Below, in pieces: positions 21,801 through 34,869 of a stretch of 64,000 nucleotides of DNA. This DNA is from Mustelus asterias (Eukaryota), in NCBI RefSeq assembly GCF_964213995.1, contig NC_135804.1, forward strand, positions 68,696,001 to 68,760,000, in the 5' to 3' direction. Below the pieces are notes generated by a model. That model worked only from the letters and a program-made list of their open reading frames with translations, made no database searches and was not told the origin of the DNA. Both the position numbers and the translations under genes were made by a program. Positions within the stretch are counted from its first letter, which is position 1; every line of letters begins with the position of its first letter.

Positions 21801-23230
21801 ACCTCATATCACATTAGAGGATGTAGCACAGTTACAGGAGGAAACCTCTGTAGCTGAAAAGGCAATGTGGAAAGATAGAGGAGCACTACAGGGACAACAG
21901 GACAGGATATGGAGAAATGGGGAGGGATTAGTCATAGCACCCACATCATTACTAACCGTACTAATTAGCGAAGCGCATGGAGTAGACCACTGTGCAAGAG
22001 GAGAAGTGGCTAGAAAGATCAAGAAGGAAGGATTCTGGTCACCATACCTGCAAAACTCGATTGACTACCATACTGAGTCAGTGTGAGGTGTGTGCTCAGA
22101 ATAACATCAGGAAGGGCATTACTGCCCCAATAGGGCATATACCCATTCCTGAAGGACCATTTAAACATCTATGCATGGACTATATGGATATGGGAAAGGT
22201 GGTAAGAGGGAAAAGATACATGCTAGTGATTATTGATAGATTCAGCAGATGGATAGAAGCAACGCCATCCAAAGATCAAGGATCTGGAACGGTGATTAAC
22301 TTCCTGTCAAAAGAAATTATCCCAAGATTTGGCATACCCACGCAATTAAGTTCAGACAATGGATCTGCTTTTATAGGAAGGGCACTGAGAGAGACACTCT
22401 CGGCACTCCGAATAAAGCAGAAGTTTGGATGTGTATATCATCCTCAATCCCAAGGAATGGTGGAGAGAGCAAACGGGACCCTTAAGGCTAAAATAAGCAA
22501 AATTTGCAGTGAAACAGGGAAAAACTGGATAGATGCTCTGCCATTGGCTCTAATGCAATACAGGAGTCAGGAAAACAGAATCACACATTTGAGCCCACAT
22601 GAAATGATGACAGGAAGAGTAATGCCGGTACCTAAGATCAGGGGATCAGGAGGTCCTACGCTAGAATGTTTAGATCAAAGCACAAAAGAATATATACAAC
22701 AATTAACTGTTATACATAGAACTATATTTGAACAGGAAAAAGCCAAGGAGGAGGAGAATCCGGTAACAGAACATCAGATCAAACCTGGAGATCGAGTATA
22801 CATCAGAAAGTTCCGGAGACGTTGGAACGAACCGAGACGAGAAGGACCGTTTGAAGTCACCAAAGTGTCTCCCACGGCTTTGCAAGTAGAAGGCAGTACA
22901 CTGTGGTATCACTTAAACCATTGTACCAGAACGGTACCAGGGGTGGGGGAGAGAAGGGAAATTGAAGAAGTACACAGAGTGGATAGAGGTGATAGCGAGG
23001 AAGAAATAGAAATACACGGGGAGAATCGTGGGGAGGAGGAACAGGGCCAAGGAAGAACAAAAAGAATAGAGGATGATGAAAGTAGTTCTGTACATGAGCT
23101 GGCTGATGATACAAATGCCCAGCCTGAGCCTATTAGTCAAGGTGCCGAGGGAGGTGAGGACAGGGAAGGGGCCCCATTCCCCACCTGGGACTTGGAAACT
23201 ATTTCCCTTAGGGACTTCCGTGACCCATAG
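18856..23230 (+). CDS. pol: ERV-A Pro-Pol: protease, 2H-like domain, RT, RNase H, integrase (1-nt insertion frameshift at about 22068)
   Basis: IDTGA and LLGRD (protease); MPQGF and YVDD (RT); YVDGS, SAQLAEL and YTDS (RNase H); HHCC, DYMD, SSDNG and SQGMVERAN (integrase). Confidence 0.95.
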
Positions 23231-23724
23231 AAAAGGAGAATGGGATACAGAAGACATAAGGGTGCAGAATCAGGAAGATAGAGTATTAAGACGAACAAAA
23301 CGTGAACGATTAGTGAGCACAAATACTATTTGGGGAAAAGCGCAGAAAAACAAATGGTGGAAATGGGCTGAGTATACAGGTCGGAGAAACAGTGATGGGA
23401 AAGAGTGTGTAGTATGTGCATCAGAGAAACCTAACACCCAAGTAACTGATATACCATGGGGATCAGGAGACTGTGGAACCAGGAAACAAAGCTGGAGCTG
23501 TAGCAATCGCAAGAATAATCATTCTGGGATTGATATTTTGTTGTTTTTTACCCGCCCTGAGATCCTTCCTTACCAGAGTGGCAGCGCGGCAGATGGTGAC
23601 GCGGGTGCTAAGCAGCTCACGCTCGAGAGAAAAAACAGAGGAATGGGAAAATCTTGAGCCGCCCCCGCTGAGTGGATTTACAATGACCTTGGTCGAAGTT
23701 GAAACTCGTCACTCTGTAAAATAA
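23073..23724 (+). pseudogene. env: ERV-A env remnant with a large internal deletion
   Basis: Signal-peptide-like start and SU N-terminus NKWWKWAEYT...CVVC join at about 23480, out of frame, to a membrane anchor AVAIARIIILGLIFCCFLPAL. No ISD or CX6CC present. Confidence 0.8.
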
Positions 23725-24073
23725 CTACAATAGTGGAAGATCACCTTGTGGAAACAACAGCACCTTGCTGAAGTCCGCACGAAACCAGGAGAACTTAGTC
23801 TGTACACAGGAATCAGTCTTTTTCCCTTCCCTAGACAAGAGTGGGAAGGTTTTTGGCTGATGACTGTCAGGGGCAGGCAATCTGGAGGAGCAACCCAAAA
23901 ATCAGAACCGGGATAGACAAATTATGATAAAGTTAGAATAGGGACACTGATCCCTGACCAAAATATTCGGCTCCTCCACATCGCCTGCAAAAAGTGATTA
24001 AAATAAAATACAAATGGGATTGAGCAAGGGGATTATTTGAGCTTGATAATTGGGATGAGGCTAGGAAAGCCTC

Positions 24074-24085
24074 AAAGGGGGGACT
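24074..24085 (+). promoter_or_regulatory. Polypurine tract of ERV-A
   Basis: AAAGGGGGGA(CT) immediately before the 3' LTR. Confidence 0.9.
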
Positions 24086-24812
24086 TGTAAGGGAAATTGT
24101 ATTAGATATTGTATGAGCTAGGTATGAAATTCAGATTCACAGGTTTTAGTAAAATGATATAGCAGATTTAGGTGAGTAGTGAGATGGGTATATAACCTAA
24201 AGTAACTTCGTGTGACCTAATATAATCAAGTGTAGTCGATATGATTAAAGCGGAGGAACTAGAGGAACTAAAGAAGTAATATAGCAATCACTAATTAAGG
24301 AAAGCAAACGATAGCCACCTGAGAAAACAAGGAAGACTGCTCGGTGGTTCAACTTAATAGTGGACCATAAATCAGCAGAGAGAATGTCTTTTCTTCTAAA
24401 CACATTCGGCCTTAGTCTACAAAACCACGATTATTGTACAAACAGAAAAGTTCAGATAAGAGCAAGAGTTATAACCACCATGGTTTAAGAGACAACGAGA
24501 TATAACAGGGAGCGACCGATTGCAAAGAAAACAGATAAAGGGTCAACTAAAAATAATGGTGGCCAAAGAAAGATAGGGCTGTAGGGTAAGATAACAACCA
24601 AGGACAGGCTGTAAAAGGGAGAGGAGGATCTTGAAATATGAGGCTGAAATGTACATAAAAGACTGTAAGCCCAAGGGCTCTTTGGAGTGTTCCGGACGTT
24701 CCCGACTTTATCTCTTGTGCTGAGAAATAAAGTCTATTGCTTGGAAGATCGCTGCTCAGACTCTCTGTTTTAAACTGATGTGAACGAATTGTCGTCCTGG
24801 GGAACCACGACA
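24086..24812 (+). repeat. ERV-A 3' LTR (727 bp)
   Basis: No difference from the 5' LTR seen by eye; the ORF track gives an identical 88-aa antisense ORF in both. Confidence 0.97.
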
Positions 24813-24836
24813 CTACCCTCTATCTTCTATGCCCAA

Positions 24837-25062
24837 TAAGAAGTATCACAACACCAGGTTAAAGTCCAATAGGTTTATTTGGTAGCACAAGCTTTCAGAG
24901 TGTCACTCCTTCTTCAGGTGAGTCTGGTGAGTCTTCAGGTGACTCACCTGAAGAAGGAATGACACTCCAAAAGCTTGTGCTACCAAATAAACCTATTGGA
25001 CTTTAACCTGGTGTTGTGAGGCTTCTTATTGTGCTTACTCCAGTCCAACGCCGGCATCTCCA
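24837..25062. mobile_element. Palindromic Penelope-like remnant
   Basis: Inverted arms; 13-bp TSD CTTCTATGCCCAA at 24824-24836 and 25063-25075. Confidence 0.8.
24886..24920 (-). ncRNA. Minimal hammerhead ribozyme motif
   Basis: Minus strand reads cac-CTGAAGA-a-ggagt gac actct-GAAA-gctt-gtg. Confidence 0.65.
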
Positions 25063-26776
25063 CTTCTATGCCCAAGCCAGTTCTTATCCATCTTGCCAGC
25101 TCTCCTCTGATCCTGTGTGACTTTACCTTTCATACCAGTCAAAGGCTTTACTGAAGTCTACGTATACAACATCCACTGCCTTCACCTCATCTATCATCTT
25201 CGTCACTTCCTCAAAAAACTTGGTGAAGTTAGTGAGGCACCACCTCCCCTTCACAAAACCCATACTGTTTATCACTAACAAGTCCATTTGTTTCCAAATG
25301 TGAGTCAATCCTGTATTAATATAAACTTCTAAACGTCATTGTATTTACACTAGAAGCATGAAAGTTAACTGGTAGATACAACAAACAGTTAGAATTCAAA
25401 TGGAATGATGACATTTATTGCAAACGGTTTGGATTACAATAATAAGCATCTTGTTACAATTGCATAAGGCCTTGAATAAATCACACCTGGAGTACTGTGC
25501 ACAATTTCAGTCTCCATTTTAGGTAAAGAAATACTTGCATTGCAGGTGCTACAGCGAACATTCAATCGATGGTCCTTGAGATGTCCTATAATGAGAAACT
25601 GAGTAAATTAGTCACAAACTCTTTGCACTTTAATAGGATGAGGTGTAATCTAATGGAAGCATTCAAAATTATGAACAGGCTTGACAGGACAGACACTGAG
25701 AAGTTGGCCGAAATCTTCTGATCAATGTCAGAACCATTGTGTTCCACACTGATCTGTCAGAAAACTGCACACTGAACTGGGTAACGCTAAAAAGGGGTCA
25801 AATTCTGATACAGGATCCTGAAGGATTCCCTCAGCACAGGAATCCATGCAGAGACTTGTAAGGAGGATCAACACAGAAGACATGGCTCCTTTACGGCATT
25901 AGCTGCTGTATGGCAATCTAAAGATTCAAAGTGAGTGATTAAATGAGTAAGGGTTATGAGTGCGTGAGTAAGTGGGTGAGGCAGCTGTGGCATTCTCACT
26001 GGATTTGCAATCCAGAGACTCAGGATAATACTCTGGGGACCCAGGCTCGAATCACACCAGGACAAATGGTGAAATTTAAATTCAATAAAAATCTGTAATT
26101 AAACATCTACTGATGACCATGAAATCATTATTGCAAAAACCCACTAACTAAGGAAACCTGCCTGGCCTACATGTGACTGCAGATTGCCACCAATGTGGTT
26201 GACTTCGAAATGGCCGAGCAAGCCAGTCAGTTCATGGACAGGACGATCAGTGTACTGCGGAACTCTGTGAAGTCTCTAAACATTCGCCAAGGGTCCCTGC
26301 GAGCAGGAGAGTTTCACATCCGAATTTGAAACTTCCTGGGCAATTCCCATGTAGGTCCTTACATCAGGACTTTCAAAGGGTCCTGATGAGTACCGCAGTC
26401 AGAAATCCAGTCTCCCATGATCTGGCGACGGAAGATTTTTCCCGCGGTTTCTTCAGGCTGGCAAATTGAGAGCATGAGGGCATGGTCTCAAGATCAAAAG
26501 CTGATCATTCGGGACTGAGGTGGGTGAAATTGCTTCATTCAGAGAGCATTGCATTTTTTGAATTCCCCAGCTCATTCACCATTGTTCAGTACATCTCAGG
26601 CTAAGAGACAGTACTTTTTGGTGTCTGAAGGAATCATGGGCCATGGGGAGTGAATACAAAAACACATTTGAGGCAGGAGATCATCTCTAAACATATTGAA
26701 TGGTGGAACAGACTTGAGGAGTCGCATTGCCTCCTCTTGTTGCTATTTCTTCTGTTTCTTATATGTTCTTACACAT

Positions 26777-26963
26777 CAAAGATGTGCGGGTTAGGTTGAT
26801 TGGCCAGGTTAAAAATTGTCCCTTAGAGTCCTGGGATGCGTAGGTTAGAGGGATTAGCGGGTAAAATATGTGGGGGTAGGGCCTGGGTGGGATTGTGGTC
26901 GGTGCAGACTCGATGGGCCGAATGGCCTCCTTCTGCACTGTAGGGTTTCTATGATTCTATGAT
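26777..26963 (+). mobile_element. 5'-truncated HE1-type SINE
   Basis: Matches the 3' half of the 29115-29464 copy; (TTCTATGA)n tail. Confidence 0.85.
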
Positions 26964-27869
26964 CAACTTATATGTCAAGTCCAAGGTAACATATCTCATA
27001 AAGATCCCTCTGGACTATCTAATCAACTGCTTTCAAGGCAGGTACAGCACAGATTAATTATGACAAAAAAACTCCCTCGACACCAACTCATTAAACATTC
27101 CTATAAGTAGTGCAGTGTGATCAGATACAGCGGACGGCACTCTCCACATTTGCAAAACTCTCCGAAACCAGATACAACATGTGTTGGGCACGAAGTAACT
27201 CCCCATAGACACGCACTGCCCCCATAGTAATTACAGTGCCATGTATATACAATGTAAGGTACAATGCATCCTCTTACTGAATGCAGAGGAGGCTATATTG
27301 TTTTTCGTTATTCGAACTCAAAGGATTCCATTGATATTTTGCAACTTATCGTGAATTGCCAGACTTTCTAAAGAGGCAAATAAATGATTATTTGGTTCCA
27401 AATAAAAATAAAATTGCTCAGGTTCGATACTGTTACCGTGATTTTGACATACTTCTATCCAAACAACACTTTTTGTGAATCTTCAGTTTTGCTATAGTTG
27501 ATCCACTCCAAATCATGCAGCTGTAACACTCTGTTGAGTACTTAATGTCCCAACCTAACAGGGAATATCTTCAATTTTACAGACCACATGAGATCCAATT
27601 GTGAATGGTGAGAGTTGGGGCCAAAGACTGAACATAAAGAAAACACAAGTAGGAATTGTCACACTCTGAGGAAAGACTCTGGGTCATCTGGCAAAACAAA
27701 ATAGTGCAATATACTCCTGTGGGTGTAACATTGTACTGCCTTGTTCTCAACCCCTGTTACATTCAGTAAAAAAAACTTAACCCAATGGTTTTGCATCCGA
27801 AAATAGAAAATGGAAGAGCATATTTCTAGTTCTCTCCTCCAAGTTCCTATGCTCTTATGTATTTTTTGA

Positions 27870-28125
27870 AGTTCATTTATTAGTGGCACAAGTAGGTTTA
27901 CGGTAACACTGCAATGAAGTTACTGTGAAAATCCCCTAGTCACCACACTCCAGCACCTGTTCGGGTGCACTAAGGGAAAACATAGCAAGTCTTTCGGACT
28001 GTGGGATGAAACCAGAACATGTAGAGAAAACCCACTCAGACACCGGGAGAACGTGCAAACTCCACACAAGCAGTGACCGAAGCCGGGAATCGAACCCAAG
28101 TCCCGAGTGTTGTGAACCGGCAATA
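27870..28125 (-). mobile_element. HE1-related SINE variant with a different 3' tail
   Basis: tRNA-like head GGTTCGATTCCCGGCTT; tail actaggggattttcacagtaacttcattgcagtgtt, also seen at about 31735-31810. Confidence 0.7.
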
Positions 28126-28254
28126 CTAGATAACTAAGGTTGGATAAAAGCAGTTGCAACAGATTCCATGGAATGACAACATATGCAGTGGAAACACATG
28201 CAGCTGCCCTTAGTTGGATGGAGTTGGCAGGACACCTCAACTGCCCAGAGCCTT

Positions 28255-28950
28255 TTTTTTATTCATTCGTGGGACATGGGCATCGATGGCTGACCAGCAT
28301 TTATTGTCCATCCCTAGTTGCTCTTGAGAATGTGGTGGTGAGCCGCCTTCTTGAATCACTGTAGTCCATGTGCTGTGAGTTGATCGACAATGCTGTTAGG
28401 GAGGGAATTCCAGGATTTTGACACAGCGACTGCGAAGGAATGGTATATATTTCCAAGTCAGGACGTTGAGTGGCTTGGAGGGGAACTTGCAGTTGATGGT
28501 GTTCCCATGTATCTGCTGCCCTTGTCCTTTTAGATGGAAGCGGTCATGGGTTTGGAGGTGCTGTCGAAAGATCTTTGGTGAATTGCTGTAGTGCATCTTG
28601 TTGATAGTACACACAGCTGCTACTGAGCATCGTTGGTGGAGGGAGTAGATGTTTGTTGATGTGGTGCCAATCAAGCAGGCTGCTATGGCATGGATGATAT
28701 CAAGCTTCTTGAGTATTGTTGGAGCTGCACCCATCCAGGCAAATGGGGAGTATTCCATCACACTCCTGACTTGTGCCTTGTAAATGGCGGCTAGGCTTTG
28801 GGGAGTCAGGAGGTGAGTTACTCGCCTCTGACCTGCTCGTATAGCCACTGTGTTTATGTGGCGAGTCCAGTTGAATCAATGGTAACCCCAAGGATGTTGA
28901 CAGTGGGGGATTGAACACCACTGAATGTCAAGGGGCACCCTCCAGCCGCT
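28255..28950 (-). mobile_element. CR1/L2-group LINE 3' fragment
   Basis: YKAQVRSVMEYSPFAW motif in ORF 28396-28848. Confidence 0.8.
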
Positions 28951-29114
28951 CACTGCATGGACTGAACAGAAGTTCTGAGGTAGTGGCATTGGAATCATGG
29001 AGCAGGAGCCTGCTGGCCCCGCTCCAGGTGTGAACATTCCCACTCCCTCTCTCTCCAAACCCCGTGCAGCTGCTTGTCAGGTTATGCAGGCTATTACATA
29101 CCACAATCACTCAA

Positions 29115-29464
29115 GGGGGCGGCATGGTAGCATAGTGGCTAGCACTGCTGCTTCACAGCTCCAGGGACCTGGGTTCGATTCCCGGCTTGGGTCACTGTCT
29201 GTGTGGAGTTTGCACATTCTCCTTGTGTCTGCATGGGTTTCCTCCGGGTGCTCCGGTTTCCTCCCACAGTCCAAAGATGTGCGGGTTAGGTTGATTGGCC
29301 ATGCTAAAATTGCTCCTTAGTGTCCTGAGATGCGTAGGTTAGAGGGATTAGCAGGTAAATATGTAGGGATATAGGGGGAGGGCCTGGGTGGGATTGTGAT
29401 CAGTGCAGATTCGATGGACCAAATGGCCTCTTTCTGCACTGTAGGGTTTCTATGAAATTCTATG
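29115..29464 (+). mobile_element. HE1-type SINE, full length
   Basis: A and B boxes, conserved core, TTCTATG tail. Confidence 0.88.
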
Positions 29465-29868
29465 GAATTTGAGGTGGCCAGTTGAACAGTACAATACAAA
29501 TTTGCAGCAACAGTCCACCTTGCTTGCTATTATCACTCAAGTTGCATTCTAAGAGGGACTAAGAAAGCACAAGAATATTTCTAGATCAACACTAAGGTTA
29601 AGCATCAGGGTGAATAATTAAAACATTTTTGATGCTGATGGTTGTGTATATTTACTGTATTTGATTTTGATACTGGAAAATAGTGATTGGTGTTTTTATT
29701 GGATTCTTCGTGGAGAAGGAGTTGAAACAATTCAGTGTAATTGGTGGTCTTCTTGAATGATCCCTAGTAATGAAAGAAAAGGCATGTGGCAACAGTTCTA
29801 CCGAGTCTAACACTGGAGGATGTCACTTGAAAGTGTTCATCAATAAGATAGTGACAAACACCCCTCTA

Positions 29869-31330
29869 ACTGGCAAATGTGATGCCACTGTTTAAAAAAA
29901 GGAGGCAGACAAAAGGAAGGCAACTATAGGCCGGATTGCTTAACTTCTGCAGTCGGGAAAATGCTTGAATCTATCATCAAGGAAGAAATAGTGAGACATC
30001 TGGATATAAATTGTCCCATTGGTAAGATGCAGCATGGCTTCATGAAGGGAACGTCATGTTTGACTAATTTGGTGGAATTCTTTGAGAACATTACATGTGC
30101 AATGGACAATGGGGAACCTGTGGATGTGGTGGATCTGGATTTCCAGAAGGCATCTGACAAGGTGCCGCACCAAAAACTGCTACATAAGATAAAGATGCAC
30201 GGTGTTACGGGTAATGTATTAGCATGGATAGAGGATTGGTTAACGAACAGAAAGCAAAGAGTGGGGGTAAATGGGTGTTTTTCTGGTTGGCGATCAGTGA
30301 CTAGTGGTGTGCCTCAGGGATCAGTGTTGGGACCGCAATTGTTTACGATTTACATAGATGATTTGGAGTTGGGGACCAAGCGTAGTGTGTCAAAATTCGC
30401 AGATGACACGAAGATGGGTGGCACAGCAAAGTGTGCAGAGGATGCTGGAAATCTGCAAAGGGATATAGATAGTCTAAGTGAGTGGGTGAGGGTCTGGCAG
30501 ATGGAGTACAATGTTGGTAAATGTGAGATCATCCATTTTGGTTGGAATAACAGCAAAATTGACTATTATTTAAATGGTAAAAAATTGCAGCATGCTGCTG
30601 TGCAGAGGGACCTGGGTGTTCATGTGTAGGAATCTCAGAGGGTTGGTTTGCAGGTGCAGAGGGTGGTTAAGAAGGCAAATGGAATTTTGGCCTTCATTGC
30701 GAGAGGGATGGAGTTTAAAAACAGTGAGATTATGTTGCAGCTGTATAAGGTGCTGGTGGGGCCACACCTGGAGTCCTGTGTACAGTTTTGGTCTCCTTAC
30801 CTGAGAAAGGATATACTGGCACTGGAGGAGATGCAGAGGAGATTCACTAGGTTGACTCCAGAGTTGAGAGGGTTGGCTTATGAGGAGCGACTGAGTAGAC
30901 TGGAGCTATACTCATTGGAATTCAGAAAAATGAGGGGAGATCTTATAGAAACATATAAGATTATGAAGGGAATAGATAAGATAGAAGCAGGGAAATTGTT
31001 TCCACTGGCGAGTGAAACTAGAACTAGGGGGCATAGCCTCAAAATAAGGGGAAGCAGATTTAGGACTGAGTTGAGGAGGAACTTCTTCACACAAAGGGTT
31101 GTCAATCTGTGGAATTCCCTGCCCAGTGAAGCAGTTGAGGCTACCTCATTGAATGTTTTTAAGGCAAGGATAGATAAATTATTGAACAGTAAAGGAATTA
31201 AGGGTTATGGTGAGCGGGTGGGTAAGTGGAGCTGAGTCCACAAAAAGAGCAGCCATGATCTTATTGAATGGCGGAGCAGGCTCGAGGGGCCAGATGGCCT
31301 ACTCCTGCTCCTAGTTCTTATGTTCTTATG
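29869..31330 (+). mobile_element. 5'-truncated CR1 LINE
   Basis: ORFs 29961-30629 and 30648-31235 with RT motifs; (TTCTTATG)n tail. Confidence 0.95.
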
Positions 31331-33099
31331 TAAGTATGAATCACCAACCTAAAACTATCTGATTTACCCCCTTGTCTTCCTCCACCTCCTCTTCTGCCTT
31401 TTGACCTGATAACAATGCCACAATTTCCATGGGATCTCTCATGATCATCAGATTATGGAGCATGCAGCCAGTCACTCAAATCTCATGAACTACTCGGGAA
31501 AGTGCTGCAGAGCAGCACCTGACAGATCCGGACATGTAAACCTCGACTTCAGAACCTCAATGATATTCTTGATAACGGGAAATATTTTGTATACGAGTGC
31601 CCAGCTGGAGCCTGTGGGTTTCTCAGGGGAGCTATGAGATGTGGCATCAGAGTGGGCTCATACCTGAATCGACCTAAAACACTGAAAGACATGCTGGTTA
31701 GGTGCGTTGACCCGTACAAGCGCGGACTGTGGCGACTAGGGGAATTTCACAGTAACTTCATTGCAGTGTTATTGAAAGCCTGACTTGTGACTAATAAATA
31801 AACTTTAACTTTTAACTTCAGCTAGGCATCAGCATTGCATTCAGGCTGAAAGATCAATGGGAGCGGAAGAACCCTTTCAGTGATAAACGGGAGGAAGTGC
31901 ATCCGGCAGAGGGACTTCACTGGAGCATTCTGGGAGCAGCCGGCCCAGCAACATCTCCCAAGAAGTGGGAAATGGAAGAACCCTCCAGTGATAAACGGGA
32001 GGAAGGGCATCCAGTAGAGGTGGCAGAGGGATTTCACTGGAACATTCTGAGCAAATGGAGCAAGGGGCAAAGTGGCAATGTCCAGGGAGTACCTTGGCAC
32101 TGTCCACCATACATTGGGCAGTGCTGAGGAGACCTGGGGTGTGGCGTATTGGGGGGCAGGGTATGTGGGATGACAAATTGGTGCTAGCCCGGAGAGGTCT
32201 GGGAGGACAGCGATGGGGGCATGGGGAGGAGTGCAGGGGTAGCATTGTGGGGTTGTGGGGCTGGCCAGCAATCAGGCTAGCCAGCGATTGGGAGGCCAGC
32301 AATGTGGGGCCACTGCGCATGCGCCAATCTCCATTCTGACAGATCGGCACTATGCTGCCGGTCTGTCCAGCGGGAATAGGCCCCATCCACAGATTTTTAT
32401 CGTAATTCATGCTGAGGCACTCTGCAGTGCTCAGTGTGTGGGAGATTCATTTTGAAAATCCCGCTTGAAATACGAGTGGGATTTATTCCATGTTTAACGC
32501 AAATTCGACACTTCAAATTTTTTTTGGGCAGAATCGCAGCCAGTGACTTTGTGCAATGTTCTACACTGTGATAGTGAGTCAGCAACTTGTTATACAGCTC
32601 TCCCAAAGTTTAGCTTCACATCACATCAATTGAGACATTCAAGAGAGAAATAGATCAACACTTGAATAGAAAAAAATATGCATAGGTATGGAGAAAAGGC
32701 AGGAGAATGGGACTAAATCATAATGCTCGATTGGAAAGTCGGTGAAAACACATGGTCCAAATGGCATCCTTCTGCACCATAACAGTGCTCTGATTCTGTG
32801 AAATGGTAACTGGTTTTGCCATTCACAGCAAGATCTGGGTGAACTATGTTGAAAAATATTAGGTCCTGCTTCCATCTTCAGAAACTGCCCACTTTTGCAG
32901 GATCATCCAGACACGCAACAATATCACCACAATTTACTTTCCCTACTGCAGATTGTCCTTGTAAATCCCTCTCCCAGTCTCCTCCAAATATTAGGATGAG
33001 GAGCTCATGGTCATGGAGCTCAGCGGCACAGGCTTGGAGGGCCGAAGGGCCTGTTTCCTGTGCTGTACTGTTCTTTGTTCTTTGTCTTCTTTATCATTG

Positions 33100-34300
33100 A
33101 GGTTGAGCCAATGCCATGTCCCTCCCTTCCACTAATCCATCAGGCCAAACTAGCCATCAGGTTCCCCGCTGCCCTATCCCTGAACTTGCATTTTTCTCGT
33201 GTTTCTCCTATCTCTCCTAATTTCCTCTTCAAGCTCATCTATTCTATGAGACTCAACTCCTGCTCCCTCAACCCTATGTCCACTAAACAAAGGTGCCTTT
33301 CATTCCTCACTTACATGTTATTCACATTTTTAACAGTAACCTTTTCTCAACTGTTGTTCTTCTATTCAAATCTGCCAACATTAAACATCTTCTCAAATCA
33401 AAACATTTGACCCCCCACAACCTTGCAAACACATGTCTCACATTTGTCCTGCCTTTCATCTCCAAACTCCTTCAACATATCCATGCCCATCTTTCCCAAA
33501 AGCCAATATTCAGGTCTTCCAAAAAGGTTCCCATCCCATACCACAATACAAAAACAACTCTTCTTAAAATCACAAATGACATATTGATGACTGTAACAAA
33601 GGTAAATGATCCCTCTTCAGCCTGTCTGCAGCCTCTGATATAGCTAATTACATCATGTCCCACCAAAGCCTCTCCACATCATTCAGCTTGGGGGACTGCT
33701 CTCAGCTCAGTCCTTAGCTATTTACTCACAGCCAGAGAATTGGCATCAATGGCTTCTCTTCCCACTCCTAGACCATACCTCTAGTGTCTCCCATGAATGG
33801 GTCATCTGTCTTGTCTTATATCCTAACTGCATGATACCACTCAGTGACGTAATATAAAAAGATAAGGTCAGTTTCTACATGTATATTTACCATGTCAAGC
33901 TCTACCACACTGCCACCTCTTTTTATCAGTCCACTGTGACTGTACTATCAGACTGCTTGTCTGATATCCAGAATCAGATGATCAGAAATTTGCTCCTATG
34001 AAACATTGGGAAGATTGAAGACAATGTCTTCTAATCTACCACAAATTTCTTTCCCTCTTGAGTGACTCCATCCCTCTTTCTAACAACTGTCCAAGAGTGA
34101 TCCAGACTGTTCACAGCTTTGTTTTCATATCTGACATATCAGCTGTATATCTGTGCTGTCACTAGGACCACATATTTCTTTTGTAATATTGCTCGACTCC
34201 AGCTCTGCTTCAAATCTTCGGCTGTGTAAAACCTTATTCACTTAACTATTCTAATGCACTCTTGGCTAGCTTCCCACAATCTATCTTACAAAGTTATCAG
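33100..34300 (+). mobile_element. Highly degraded L2-like LINE
   Basis: LPFISKLL and HNTKTTLLKITNDIL resemble the L2 RT motif HSTETALxKVxND; many stops. Confidence 0.65.
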
Positions 34301-34353
34301 TGAATTCCTTGTTGCACTGAAAACATTTGATCCCATTACTTTATCAATAAACC

Positions 34354-34641
34354 TGTGGCGCGTCTGATAAATAGACAAGGCTGATGTTGCCAGGAACAGA
34401 AGGCTTTTATTCGCTAAAAAGGAACGATGTGGAACAGACAATAAACAGAACAATACTGAGCATGTGGACCTCCCGACTGAGGCCGGAGAGGGAGGGCTGC
34501 AGCCTTTATACCCTGAGGGCGGAGCCTCCAGTTAAAGGTGCAGCCGAATTAAAGGTGTCAGGGAGTGTCTCATATACGAACAGTAGTGGCACCAATATAT
34601 ACAGCTCAACCGTGCCAAAGGCACGACAGTGGTTTACCACA
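34354..34641 (-). repeat. Short solo LTR (288 bp)
   Basis: Inverted termini TGTGG...CCACA; 5-bp flanks AAACC/AAATC; antisense AATAAA and TATA-like motifs. Confidence 0.75.
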
Positions 34642-34869
34642 AAATCTCAATTCTTTTTGAGTGACCAGTTATTTTATTTAAGTGTATGGCCCCTTTAAAG
34701 TATTTTTCTGCAGTTGCACATATATGGTAAATTAAAGGAGCTGACTTTTGAACGGATTGCATTGGACTTTCAGGTTGCTACATAGCTCCTCCATTTACAG
34801 AGAATGTTGGATATTGTCCTCCTGTACTGCCTACTATTTTTCAAATTATGCCTGCATACCCAAATCCAG

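Larger units (their letters stand above)
15101..24812 (+). mobile_element. ERV-A: complete endogenous retrovirus, class I (epsilon/ZFERV-like)
   Basis: LTR-PBS-gag-pro-pol-(deleted env)-PPT-LTR; TG...CA ends; TSD CTAC at 15097-15100 and 24813-24816. Confidence 0.97.
14043..25313 (-). mobile_element. Degraded 5'-truncated CR1 split by ERV-A and a Penelope insertion (pieces 14043-15100, 24813-24836, 25063-25313)
   Basis: RT motifs in ORFs 14702-15064 and 25123-25308; the sequence joins seamlessly across both TSDs. Confidence 0.9.

Noticed and set aside
23734-23916. 60-codon open stretch between env and the PPT, possible accessory exon
   Set aside because: No early start codon, no recognisable motif, and too short to support.
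27583-27607. 25-nt candidate cytoplasmic micro-exon (ttttacag...gtgag)
   Set aside because: Splice-like motifs alone are insufficient, and it cannot be linked to the Ig gene without transcripts.
31455-31637. ILYTSA as an ITIM-like tail of the Ig receptor
   Set aside because: Does not fit the YxxL/V consensus and has no clear exon boundaries.
31820-32545. Overlapping 149-aa and 177-aa ORFs with an internal repeat of about 110 bp
   Set aside because: Low-complexity, GC-rich non-autonomous transposon-like remnant; only one TIR-like end is visible and there is no protein motif.
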